Source of the DNA: an uncultured Microthrixaceae bacterium
GTDB taxonomy: Bacteria; Actinomycetota; Acidimicrobiia; Acidimicrobiales; Microtrichaceae
Length of the DNA stretch: 64,000 nt
Assembly: GCA_963805905.1 (NCBI GenBank)
Contig: CAWDVV010000001.1
Coordinates: 3,162,259 to 3,226,258 of the forward strand
Direction: 5' to 3'
Below are positions 39,912 to 48,383 of the stretch, piece by piece. The position numbers and the translations under genes are program-made. The stretch's first letter is position 1, and every line of letters starts with the position of its first letter. A model generated the notes under the pieces. The model was given only the letters and a program-made list of their open reading frames with translations, searched no databases and was not told the origin of the DNA.

Positions 39912-40991
39912 ATGACCGCCGCAGGGCCCCCGAACGCGACCTCATCGCCGGCCGACTCGAAGTCGATCAACCCGTCGACCGGGGAAGCCCCGGCCAGCGA
40001 CTCGGCAATCGCCCCACTGGTGTCCGTGGTCGTGCCGATGCGAGACGAGATCGACTGGATCGAGACCTGCATCGAGAGCTTCAGGCACCAGGACCACCCG
40101 CTCGATCGCCTCGAGGTGATCATCGCCGACGGACGCTCCACCGACGGTTCGCGGGAGCTCGTGGAACGCCTCGCCTCGGAGTACGACTGGCTCCGGCTGG
40201 TCGACAACCCGGATCGGTTGGCGTCCTCGGCGTTCAACAGGGGGATCGAGGCGGCCAAAGGCGACGTGGTCTGCATCGTGGGCGCACACGCAGAGGTCGG
40301 CCCCGACTTCGTCAGCCGATCGGTCGCTGCGCTCGAAGAGACCGGCGCCGGCGGTGTCGGCGGGCAGCTCCGCCACGACGGCGTCGACCGCACACAGCAG
40401 GCCATCGGGCTTGCCATGACCTCACGCTTCGGAATGGCCTCGCCGTTCCGCTACTCGACCCAACGTTGCGAGGTGGACACGATCGGTCATCCTGCGTACC
40501 GCCGCGACGTGCTCGACGAGGTCGGGGCATTCGACGAATCGCTGCTCCGCAACTCCGACTACGAACTCAACCACCGGATACGGGCGGCCGGCCACACACT
40601 GGTGCTGGACCCTTCGATCGTCACCCTGTACCGACCCCGGGCAACCCTGCGCGGGCTCGCCCGGCAGTTCTACGACTACGGCTTGGGCAAAGCCGACGTG
40701 GCCCGCAGCCACCCGGACTCTCTGAAGGTCCGCCACGCGGTCGCTCCCGTAGCAACCATCATCGCCGCAGCAGCTCCCGTGCTCAGCGTCTCGCGCAGGG
40801 GTCGACGCCTCCTCGGTCTCGCGGCTCTGGGATATGGGGCGGTTCTCGCAACCGCCGTGGTCACCAGTCGCCCGGACCAACACGATGCCGACCCGGTTAC
40901 GTTCCTCGCCGCCTTCCCGGTCATGCACATCACCTGGGGCACCGGCTTCCTGGTCGGCCTCGCCAGGCCCGGGCTGGCGACCCGACGCTGA
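39912..40991 (+). CDS. family 2 glycosyltransferase with C-terminal TM helices
   Basis: VSVVVPMRDE...IIADGRSTDGS...VCIVGAHAEV is a GT-A/GT2 pattern. Start taken at ATG 39912; the ORF is open from 39825. Confidence 0.8.
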   Translation: MTAAGPPNATSSPADSKSINPSTGEAPASDSAIAPLVSVVVPMRDEIDWIETCIESFRHQDHPLDRLEVIIADGRSTDGSRELVERLASEYDWLRLVDNPDRLASSAFNRGIEAAKGDVVCIVGAHAEVGPDFVSRSVAALEETGAGGVGGQLRHDGVDRTQQAIGLAMTSRFGMASPFRYSTQRCEVDTIGHPAYRRDVLDEVGAFDESLLRNSDYELNHRIRAAGHTLVLDPSIVTLYRPRATLRGLARQFYDYGLGKADVARSHPDSLKVRHAVAPVATIIAAAAPVLSVSRRGRRLLGLAALGYGAVLATAVVTSRPDQHDADPVTFLAAFPVMHITWGTGFLVGLARPGLATRR

Positions 40992-41054
40992 ACCCAGCGA
41001 TTCACTTCCTGCCGGCTCCCGGTAGAAACCTCCGACCCACGGGCACCGTGCCCC

Positions 41055-41112
41055 ATGAGCACGGGCATCCACAGCTCCGCTCGATGAGCACGGGCATCCA
41101 CAGCTCCGCTCA
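41055..41112. repeat. 29-bp tandem duplication (ATGAGCACGGGCATCCACAGCTCCGCTC[G/A] x2)
   Basis: Read directly. Intergenic, downstream of the GT2 gene. Confidence 0.9.
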
Positions 41113-41270
41113 ATGCCTGGTGGCCATCGGATTTCCCACGCATCGGGGGGGGCTGGAGACTCATGCGTGGCGTCGAATGTGCCGATGAGAGATGAATGGA
41201 CCGTCGACGCCGCAACGCCCACGTGCCGTTGCTGCCGCGTGTAAGCGCACCCTCGTCGCGTGACGCCTCA

Positions 41271-41432
41271 CCGCCTGACACCTCTGGCGCCTCGTCGCCC
41301 GAAACCTCACCGCCCGACACCACACCGCCTGACACCTCTGACACCTCGCCGCCCGAGACCTCGCCGCACGACACCACACCGCCTGACACCTCTGGCGCCT
41401 CGCCGCCCGAGACCTCGCCGCACGACACCATT
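41271..41432. repeat. three 54-bp tandem repeats (encode PPDTSGASSPETSPPDTT-like 18-mers in the + frame)
   Basis: Units at 41271-41324, 41325-41378 and 41379-41432, aligned by eye. In frame with ORF 41196..43370. Confidence 0.85.
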
Positions 41433-41552
41433 GGCGCCTCGGATCTCGCAGGGCAACGATTCAACCGACGTGCAACGGACGGGACTCCGGACAGCAGCGT
41501 TGAGAACCCGCCACGCGGGGCAGGAGACGCAGGAGCCACCGATACGACCGGG

Positions 41553-43370
41553 ATGCGGATGCCGCGGGGCAATCGCCGACTGTGGATCAACGCGGCGGCG
41601 CTGGCCCTGGCGCTCATCGCTGTCGTGGCAGTCATGCGACCCCGCGCGGTCGTCGTGCCCGACGAGGGCCTTTACCTCGCTCAGGCCGATGCGCTCACCG
41701 ATAGCTCCTGGTCGGTCGAACGTGAGGCCCCCGAGGTCGATGCCGACGGGGAGTTCTCGCGCCTGTTGCCCGAAGTCATCGCCGGTGACCGTGAGATTCC
41801 GTATGCACGCCACGCCGGCTACCCACTGGTGATCACACCGGGTTACTGGCTCGGTGGCTACCTCGGCGCAATCGCTCTCTCGGTGCTGGGTCTGTGGGGC
41901 GCCGCGGTCAGCGGAGCGTTCATCGCCAGGCGGATCGACAAGCGTCTCGGCGTTCCAACACTGTGGCTCATCGGACTCGGCAGCCCGCTCCTGTTCTACG
42001 GCTTCGTCACGATGGGCCATGCTCTCGCCGCGGCGACTGCGGGCGCGGCGTTCCTGGGCCTCAGCAAATGGTTGGACGACCGGAGTTGGCCGGGTCTGGC
42101 ATTCGGGCTGCCGGCGCTGTTGCTGACCGTGGGCCTGCGCAGCGAGGGAACGATCTACGCGCTCGCAGTGGTCGCTGCCATCGGGCTCATGTCCCTGCCG
42201 GCGAGGAGGACCCGACGACTCGATCTGCGTGCGTTCCTCACCGCGGGCGCGCTCGGAGCCGCGGTGTTGGCCACCTACTTCCTCGACACACGCGTGGCCC
42301 TGGCCATCTCGGGTCGCGACGGCTACGGAGTGAACCCGGGACGGATCGCCACCAGGGCGAGCGCGGACCCGGTCTCGGGATCATGGGCGAGCCTGTTGCG
42401 ACCGTTCGCCAACTCCTGGAGCACCGCCGCGTTGTGGGTCACGCTCGCAGCGGTTCTGGTGATCGGGGCATCGGTGGTCCTACGGGTCGCTCCGAAGCGC
42501 TCACGCATCTCCCTCGTGCTGATGGTGGCAGCGGTCGGCGCGGCTGTGGCGATGTTGGTCGATCCACCATGGTTGGTAACGGGCATGATCGCCGCGTTCC
42601 CGCTGCTGGCGGCAGGTCTGATCTGGTTGAGGCGCTCAGACCTGGTGCCTACCTCGACGGACCAGCCACCCGAGCGAGCAACGTCATCCGACCTGGCGAC
42701 CCCTGCGGCCGACCAGGAGTCAACGACGGGAGCCTCGCCGGTTGGGTCACCAACGCTCGTGTTGCGGATCATCCTCGTGTCGGTGATAGCGACCACCGGC
42801 CTCATCGCCACGCTGTACGCCAACGGCGGCGCCGCCGAGTGGGGCGGACGGTTCTTCCAGATCCTCCTTCCGATCCTCGTGCCTGTCGTGGTGCTCGGGC
42901 TGTACCGCGCGGCGAGCGAGTTCCCGATCCCTCAACGCCGGATCGCGATTGCGTGTGGGGTGTTGGTGACCGCGGCCCTCTCGATCAGCGCACTGCGCGC
43001 CCAGGCCGATATCCGAGCCGATGCGACAGATACCGTCGATGGGACCCTCGCGTACGTCGCACGGGAGTTCCCGGGCGAGACGACGCTGGTGGTGGTCGCC
43101 AACAAGAACGCGGGCGGCAACTCGCGGCAGTTCTGGGCCGCGGACTCATCGGCAGATGTGCTCACCGCCATGAACCTCGACCGGTTGGATCTGGCGCTCG
43201 AGGCGGCTGCGGGGGCCGGTCGAAACCGCGCGGTGGTCGTCACCGATGCGGACCCCGACGAGTTCGACGACTCGATAACCGGTGACCTCGACGGGATCGG
43301 CTGGACGGTACTCGACTCGTCGGCCACCCCGAGGGGTGAATCGAACCTGTACGTGGTCGGTGAAGGCTGA
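41553..43370 (+). CDS. GT-C fold membrane glycosyltransferase (ArnT/PMT-like), polytopic
   Basis: The first extracytoplasmic loop carries VVPDEGLYLAQA (a DExxY-type motif of GT-C enzymes). More than 10 predicted TM helices. C-terminal soluble domain. The ORF is open from 41196, so the repeat-rich 119-aa extension may or may not be translated. Confidence 0.6.
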   Translation: MRMPRGNRRLWINAAALALALIAVVAVMRPRAVVVPDEGLYLAQADALTDSSWSVEREAPEVDADGEFSRLLPEVIAGDREIPYARHAGYPLVITPGYWLGGYLGAIALSVLGLWGAAVSGAFIARRIDKRLGVPTLWLIGLGSPLLFYGFVTMGHALAAATAGAAFLGLSKWLDDRSWPGLAFGLPALLLTVGLRSEGTIYALAVVAAIGLMSLPARRTRRLDLRAFLTAGALGAAVLATYFLDTRVALAISGRDGYGVNPGRIATRASADPVSGSWASLLRPFANSWSTAALWVTLAAVLVIGASVVLRVAPKRSRISLVLMVAAVGAAVAMLVDPPWLVTGMIAAFPLLAAGLIWLRRSDLVPTSTDQPPERATSSDLATPAADQESTTGASPVGSPTLVLRIILVSVIATTGLIATLYANGGAAEWGGRFFQILLPILVPVVVLGLYRAASEFPIPQRRIAIACGVLVTAALSISALRAQADIRADATDTVDGTLAYVAREFPGETTLVVVANKNAGGNSRQFWAADSSADVLTAMNLDRLDLALEAAAGAGRNRAVVVTDADPDEFDDSITGDLDGIGWTVLDSSATPRGESNLYVVGEG

Positions 43371-43379
43371 TCAACGGTG

Positions 43380-43428
43380 GTTCTGTGGGGCGTGCGTGGC
43401 GCGCAGCGCCACGCACGCCCCACAGAAC
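43380..43428. repeat. 49-bp palindromic element, copy 6 (perfect)
   Basis: GTTCTGTGGGGCGTGCGTGGCGC-GCA-GCGCCACGCACGCCCCACAGAAC, between convergent genes. It is followed at 43432-43463 by an exact 16-bp tandem duplication (CAAAATCGGGGAGGAC x2). Confidence 0.95.
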
Positions 43429-43464
43429 CAGCAAAATCGGGGAGGACCAAAATCGGGGAGGACC

Positions 43465-46275
43465 TCAGGGGGGCGGACCGAGCACGCCACCAGTGGGCAC
43501 GACACATCCGCTACCCGCGCAGAGCTGCCACCCGGTGACTGTGGCGTCGGCGAGCGGTGCCCCGGCATTCTGGAACACGGCAGCGCGTGCCACGCCGCGG
43601 GGAATCCAGTTGCCGCCATCGTCCTTGATCTTCGAGACGATCCGCACTTCGCGCTGGCCCGGTCCGCAGCAAAGCACTCCTACCGTTCCGTCAACATCCG
43701 CCGAGCTACCGATCGAATGGACCTGCATCGAACCCGAAACGATCGGATCCATGTCAACAGGTCCCTCCCAGCGAACGTCCAGACTTATCCGAGGTGTCAC
43801 CATGTTCCCGTGTACCCGGAACCGTGTGCCCGCACCATCGGAGGTGACGCGACCCCGGTGCAGCGTGGAGGAGGAGTTCGTAGTGGCCACCAGGCGCACA
43901 TAGTCGAGTTGGGGCAACTGCAGGCCTATGTCGTCCCTCAGAATATCGCCCAGCCACATTCCCTTCTCGGGGCTCATCGACAGACGAACCGTGATGTCGT
44001 TGAGCACCGACGCGCTGCTGTGACGCAGCGGCGAACACGCCGCGTCGCCAGCGAGGATGTCGATCATGTAGGTGTTGGCCGACCGCGTGTAGGTATTGGG
44101 ATTGGTGGCCGGCACCTCACACGTCTCGGTACCGCCGGCTCCGTCGGGGCGGTCGACCGAAACCCTCGTGGTGCCGAGAACGATCCCGGACTCGATCGGT
44201 CCCGCAACCGCGTTGTCTCCGCCCGCGTTGTCGATAACCAGCGCAAGGCTCTCGATCTGATCATCTGCATCAAGCCCCGACGACCCAAGGTCGAATGACT
44301 TGAGCACCAGTTCGTCTGGACTCGTATCGGCCATGGTTCGCTCGCAAACCCATGTGCCGACCAACTCGTAGCAGTCGCCCTCAGGGTGAACTGCAGCGCC
44401 ACCACCCGCAGCGATCGCCTTGTTCGGGTCGGTCCATTGCGAACCACTGGGTGACGTAGCGACTCCAGCGTTCACCTCATGGGCGTTGACCATCATGTTC
44501 AGGCCTCGGACCTTGAGACGGATGGTTTCCGCCGTGCCTATGGGGGCATACGGCGGCTGGTAGTCGAAGGCCACCTCCATGTGTGCACCATTGAGAGCAC
44601 TCTCTGGTTGCCCGGGGAAACAACTCGAGAGATCTACCGTCGTGACGAATCCAGGTGTTCGACCAACATTGGGTTCATAGATGCTGCATGCACTCGGGCC
44701 GCCGGTGATCGTCACCTTCGCACCGCGTCGGGAACCGTGCGCTGGTGGACTCTCGCTTGAGGTCCACGCGACCTTCAGGTCGTGGATCGGGCGATCGCCC
44801 TCGGCCTGAAGGTCGACCCCGAATCTCAGGACACATGCAATCGTGGAGTTGGCACACACAACCGTGCCGGTCGCATCGTCTGACCCCTGGGCGTCGGCAA
44901 GCACATTCCCGACGCTCGAGAAATCGTCGTCCTGGAGCCAATAACAATTCCACCACTGCTCGCAGTACCACATCACGTCGTGTCGCTTCGTCGTGGCGTT
45001 CGACCGCTTGATCCCGCTCGGAGCGGTACTGGACTCGACAATCGCATCGCCCGTTCCGCCAGGAGCGCAGATGCTCACGTTGCCGGCCTCATGGTCAATC
45101 GTGGTCCTGCTGGAGAGAACCAGTCTCACGCCGGCCGCTGAGGCCGGATTGCATTCGGCGGTCGGCCCTGAACCCTCGACGGTGCCGAACACGAATGCGG
45201 AGCCGGCATCAGCGAAGGTGATCGCGTCACCGTTGTTGCGCGCTCCGAACCAGTAGTCGCCCGGGTTGAAGTGGAAAAGCGTGCCGCTGCAGCTCCCATC
45301 GAAGAGGTTGTTCATCGCGTCGATCTGAGCACTGCCGTAATCTCCGGGATCGAAGGTGACCGTGGGGGAGGAACACGCCGGCACCTGACCCGGGACTCCA
45401 GTTGGCCCATCCGTGACCAATGTCGGCCCGAGGGAAGCCGTCGCCGAATCGCCACAGCTCGGGGAGATCGTGTCATCGACTACCGCGGTGCGACTCAGGT
45501 CTCCCCCCAACCCGGATCCCAGGTCGAGCATCCCGCAGTCCTGACCAGAACCCGGGTATCCAGGATCCCCCTGCACATAGCTGCCCGACACGTCGATGGC
45601 ACCCGTCTCGCCAGGCAGGTTGAGCAACGGCGCCGCACCCTTGCGCACCGACATGCTCCCGTTGATGAGCAGAGGCTGATCCGCGTTGTGGACGACCGTC
45701 GGCTTCGTGCTCGCGTCCGGCCCAGGAGTGCCCAACGCATCGCTCCATGGCCAGCCAGTCCAGTCCAGTCCATCGGGTAGTACCTCGGAATAGTCGTCCC
45801 CGACCACTTCGACACTGCCCGCTGAGGACCCAAGGCTGTTGCCGAGGACCTCTTCACAATCAACATCCACTGTCACATCGTCGGTGATGTCGTCAGTGCC
45901 GGAGTTGAAGTCGATTTTGTCGACCTCGGGATCGGGATCTGCGAGCGGTTCACAGAGATCCGTGCTCCCGGTGTTGGCTGCAGTGCGTATACGAGTCAGT
46001 GCGGTTTCCAGACCGCCGTCAGCTGCCCGTTGTTCGCGGGCGATCTCCTGCTGGGATATCGCCGCCCGATGTGTCGTGAACGACAACGAGAGGAGAGCAG
46101 TGATCAACAGCAGTCCCACGGTCATCGCCACCAGCACGACCCCGAGTATGTAGCCCGACTGGTTCCCGGTCTGGCGCCGCCGGCGCGTGAGGATGGAACC
46201 CCTCGAGTCGAGGGGCGCGAAACTCTCGGCACCTGTTTCTGGGATCTCGTGCGCCTGATAGAGGATTGACGTCAC
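43465..46275 (-). CDS. giant PilX-like membrane-anchored pilus-associated protein (936 aa), candidate tip adhesin
   Basis: N-terminal basic stretch plus a single TM (RRRRQTGNQSGYILGVVLVAMTVGLLLITALLSL), as in PilX_N-type minor pilins. The remainder is Cys/Trp-containing with no domain I recognise. The GTG start overlaps the stop of the upstream PKD prepilin (GTGA). Confidence 0.7.
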   Translation of the reverse strand: MTSILYQAHEIPETGAESFAPLDSRGSILTRRRRQTGNQSGYILGVVLVAMTVGLLLITALLSLSFTTHRAAISQQEIAREQRAADGGLETALTRIRTAANTGSTDLCEPLADPDPEVDKIDFNSGTDDITDDVTVDVDCEEVLGNSLGSSAGSVEVVGDDYSEVLPDGLDWTGWPWSDALGTPGPDASTKPTVVHNADQPLLINGSMSVRKGAAPLLNLPGETGAIDVSGSYVQGDPGYPGSGQDCGMLDLGSGLGGDLSRTAVVDDTISPSCGDSATASLGPTLVTDGPTGVPGQVPACSSPTVTFDPGDYGSAQIDAMNNLFDGSCSGTLFHFNPGDYWFGARNNGDAITFADAGSAFVFGTVEGSGPTAECNPASAAGVRLVLSSRTTIDHEAGNVSICAPGGTGDAIVESSTAPSGIKRSNATTKRHDVMWYCEQWWNCYWLQDDDFSSVGNVLADAQGSDDATGTVVCANSTIACVLRFGVDLQAEGDRPIHDLKVAWTSSESPPAHGSRRGAKVTITGGPSACSIYEPNVGRTPGFVTTVDLSSCFPGQPESALNGAHMEVAFDYQPPYAPIGTAETIRLKVRGLNMMVNAHEVNAGVATSPSGSQWTDPNKAIAAGGGAAVHPEGDCYELVGTWVCERTMADTSPDELVLKSFDLGSSGLDADDQIESLALVIDNAGGDNAVAGPIESGIVLGTTRVSVDRPDGAGGTETCEVPATNPNTYTRSANTYMIDILAGDAACSPLRHSSASVLNDITVRLSMSPEKGMWLGDILRDDIGLQLPQLDYVRLVATTNSSSTLHRGRVTSDGAGTRFRVHGNMVTPRISLDVRWEGPVDMDPIVSGSMQVHSIGSSADVDGTVGVLCCGPGQREVRIVSKIKDDGGNWIPRGVARAAVFQNAGAPLADATVTGWQLCAGSGCVVPTGGVLGPPP

Positions 46276-48383
46276 GGTCGCGTCACCTCAGCCGAGTACG
46301 GACCCCACGTGCCACTCACCTGCACCCGGTGGCTGACCGTGACCGAACACCCGGGATACGCGGTCGTGAACGACGGAGCTTCGTTGATCGGGACAGTCAC
46401 ATCCGACGGACCCGGACACCCGGCCCCACCACTCGCCGAGACATGCACTCCGTAGGTCTGTGCTCCGGGTACTGCCGCCCACTTGTAGACGTTGCCGGCG
46501 AAGGTCCCCGGCGCCGGAGCTACCAGAGCGCCCGGGACTGACAGCTGCAACGTCTTGAAAGTGGATGCACCGTCGTCGTCAACCACCCCGAGCGTGACGT
46601 TGTAGGCACCGGGGTGTGTGAACAGCTGGGTCGGGTTGGCTGTGGTGGAGGTCCAGTTGTTGAAGAAACCGAAGTTCCAGATTCGGCCGTCGATCGTTCC
46701 GTCGTCGCTCGAAGCACTCGAGTCCAGGGTGACCGAGGTCGGGGCATTCCCGATGTCACCCGCGCTGAACCCGGCCACTGGAGCATCGTTGAGGCGGAAC
46801 TCCACCGTGGTGGGCTCACCTCCATCGGGTGTAACTGAAATCTCCCAGTCACCAGCGTCCCCAGCCGTGAACGCATGTGCGAGGGACGGTTGCGTCGAGG
46901 TCGTCACCGGATCGCTACCTCCCTTTCGCCGCAGATCCCAGGAATAGGGCGCCGGAGTGCTGGTCGTGAACGTGACCGCCACAGGCTCGCGGCCGGGGCC
47001 GACCGTGCCGGCCCTAGGCAGCTTGCCCGGGGTGTTGATGAGTCGTCTGCCATCTTCACCATCGGTGTCGATGACTATCGGCCCTGACGGCACAGGATCG
47101 ATTCCATCCGATGGCAGGAGGCGGATCGCGACGCGCTCCACCGCGGTGGCTCCCATCGAATCGCGCACCGTGACCTTCACCTCGCGGTCACCGAGCGGAT
47201 CGGAATCCGGTGACGACTTGTACTGCACCGTCGCGGTCGATCCGCTGATCACGGTGTTGTCCGGATCGTTCCCTGGGCCGAAGTCCCATGCATATGTGAC
47301 CGGATTGGTGCTGTCGGGATCGTAGGACCCATCCGCTTTGAACTTGAACGTCATGGGCGAATCGCCACCCTGGATCGGCCCTTCGGACGCACCATCCAAG
47401 GCGAGCTTTGCAATCGGTGCCTGATTTTCGACCCGGATGGTTATGCGATCGGTCGATGTGTCAGTTCCGTCCCCGACGGTGAGCGTCACCTGATATGTGC
47501 CGATCTCGGCAAAGGTGAAGGTGACCTGGGTGTCCGAGGGACCGTCGACCTGTCCAATCAGGTCCGGATCCACCGAAACGGGTGGCGTCACCGACCATAC
47601 ACGGGTGACGATCGACCCGTCGGGGTCACTGGAGGTGGAGCTGTCGAGCACCACGTTGTAATTGGGACGCACGCCGCCTTGGGAGATCTGGGTTATCCGC
47701 GCCCGTGGCACGAGGTTGCCGGTACCACTAAGGAACGCCCCGTTCAGAGTGGCACGCCGCATGGCACGCACGTTCACCGGAGCGCCGCCCGAGAGCTCGG
47801 CGGTGAAGGTCACCTGACGGCAATCGGTGAGAGGGTCATCGGTGACAGGGGCGCACGTGGCCGCGGGCTCGGACCCGGTTGTCATCTTGATGTCTCGCAA
47901 CACATGTACGTCGTCGGTGACGACCTTGGTGTCGTTGAGGCCACAAGTCCTGCGCCACACGCTGGTGATGCCATCGTCGGTGTTGGTTACGTACACGGTG
48001 CGCACAGGCACCTCGGTGCCGTCGTCGACGTCGTCGACCAGCTGCATCAATACCAAGTCCGCGTCGGGCGCCCCAGCCGTGTAGGTCCCACAACCCTGCG
48101 CAGGATCAGCTGGATCGAAACCATCGACCTTCACCAACTCGGCGGAGCCGACGTCGCGCGACAGGTATGTGTTCGCAATTCGGGCCTGACTTGCTTCACT
48201 GAAGCGGGTAGCGGTGGGGCCCTGAGTCTTCATCGCGAGGATCATCCAGGCGGTGATAGGGCCGATGAGAAGCACGGTCACCGCAGTGGCAACGAGTATC
48301 TCGATCAGGGAGAAACCTCCCTGCGCGGAGATGGAGCGAAGGGACCGTCGGGGTCGCACCAGCGCTTGGTCGGAAAGGCTCAT
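46272..48383 (-). CDS. prepilin-type N-terminal cleavage/methylation-domain protein with multiple PKD-like domains (PilW-like position)
   Basis: QGGFSLIEILVATAVTVLLIGPI class III signal. Several PKD-like repeats (LDSSTSSDPDGSIVTRVWSV, ADGSYDPDSTNPVTYAWDFG, LDSSASSDDGTIDGRIWNFG). ATGA overlap with the upstream gene. Confidence 0.75.
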   Translation of the reverse strand: MSLSDQALVRPRRSLRSISAQGGFSLIEILVATAVTVLLIGPITAWMILAMKTQGPTATRFSEASQARIANTYLSRDVGSAELVKVDGFDPADPAQGCGTYTAGAPDADLVLMQLVDDVDDGTEVPVRTVYVTNTDDGITSVWRRTCGLNDTKVVTDDVHVLRDIKMTTGSEPAATCAPVTDDPLTDCRQVTFTAELSGGAPVNVRAMRRATLNGAFLSGTGNLVPRARITQISQGGVRPNYNVVLDSSTSSDPDGSIVTRVWSVTPPVSVDPDLIGQVDGPSDTQVTFTFAEIGTYQVTLTVGDGTDTSTDRITIRVENQAPIAKLALDGASEGPIQGGDSPMTFKFKADGSYDPDSTNPVTYAWDFGPGNDPDNTVISGSTATVQYKSSPDSDPLGDREVKVTVRDSMGATAVERVAIRLLPSDGIDPVPSGPIVIDTDGEDGRRLINTPGKLPRAGTVGPGREPVAVTFTTSTPAPYSWDLRRKGGSDPVTTSTQPSLAHAFTAGDAGDWEISVTPDGGEPTTVEFRLNDAPVAGFSAGDIGNAPTSVTLDSSASSDDGTIDGRIWNFGFFNNWTSTTANPTQLFTHPGAYNVTLGVVDDDGASTFKTLQLSVPGALVAPAPGTFAGNVYKWAAVPGAQTYGVHVSASGGAGCPGPSDVTVPINEAPSFTTAYPGCSVTVSHRVQVSGTWGPYSAEVTRP

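Noticed and set aside
40676-41635. A 319-aa minus-strand ORF with EVSGG repeats.
   Set aside because: It is the mirror image of the 54-bp tandem repeats and of the 3' end of the GT2 gene. Its composition is that of a shadow ORF.
660-43428. Considered whether the six 49-bp palindromes are a CRISPR array or integron attC sites.
   Set aside because: The copies are 1 to 26 kb apart with genes between them, so this is not a regular repeat-spacer array. No cas genes are present. The ends (GTTCTGT...ACAGAAC) do not fit the attC GTTRRRY core. No intI integrase is present.
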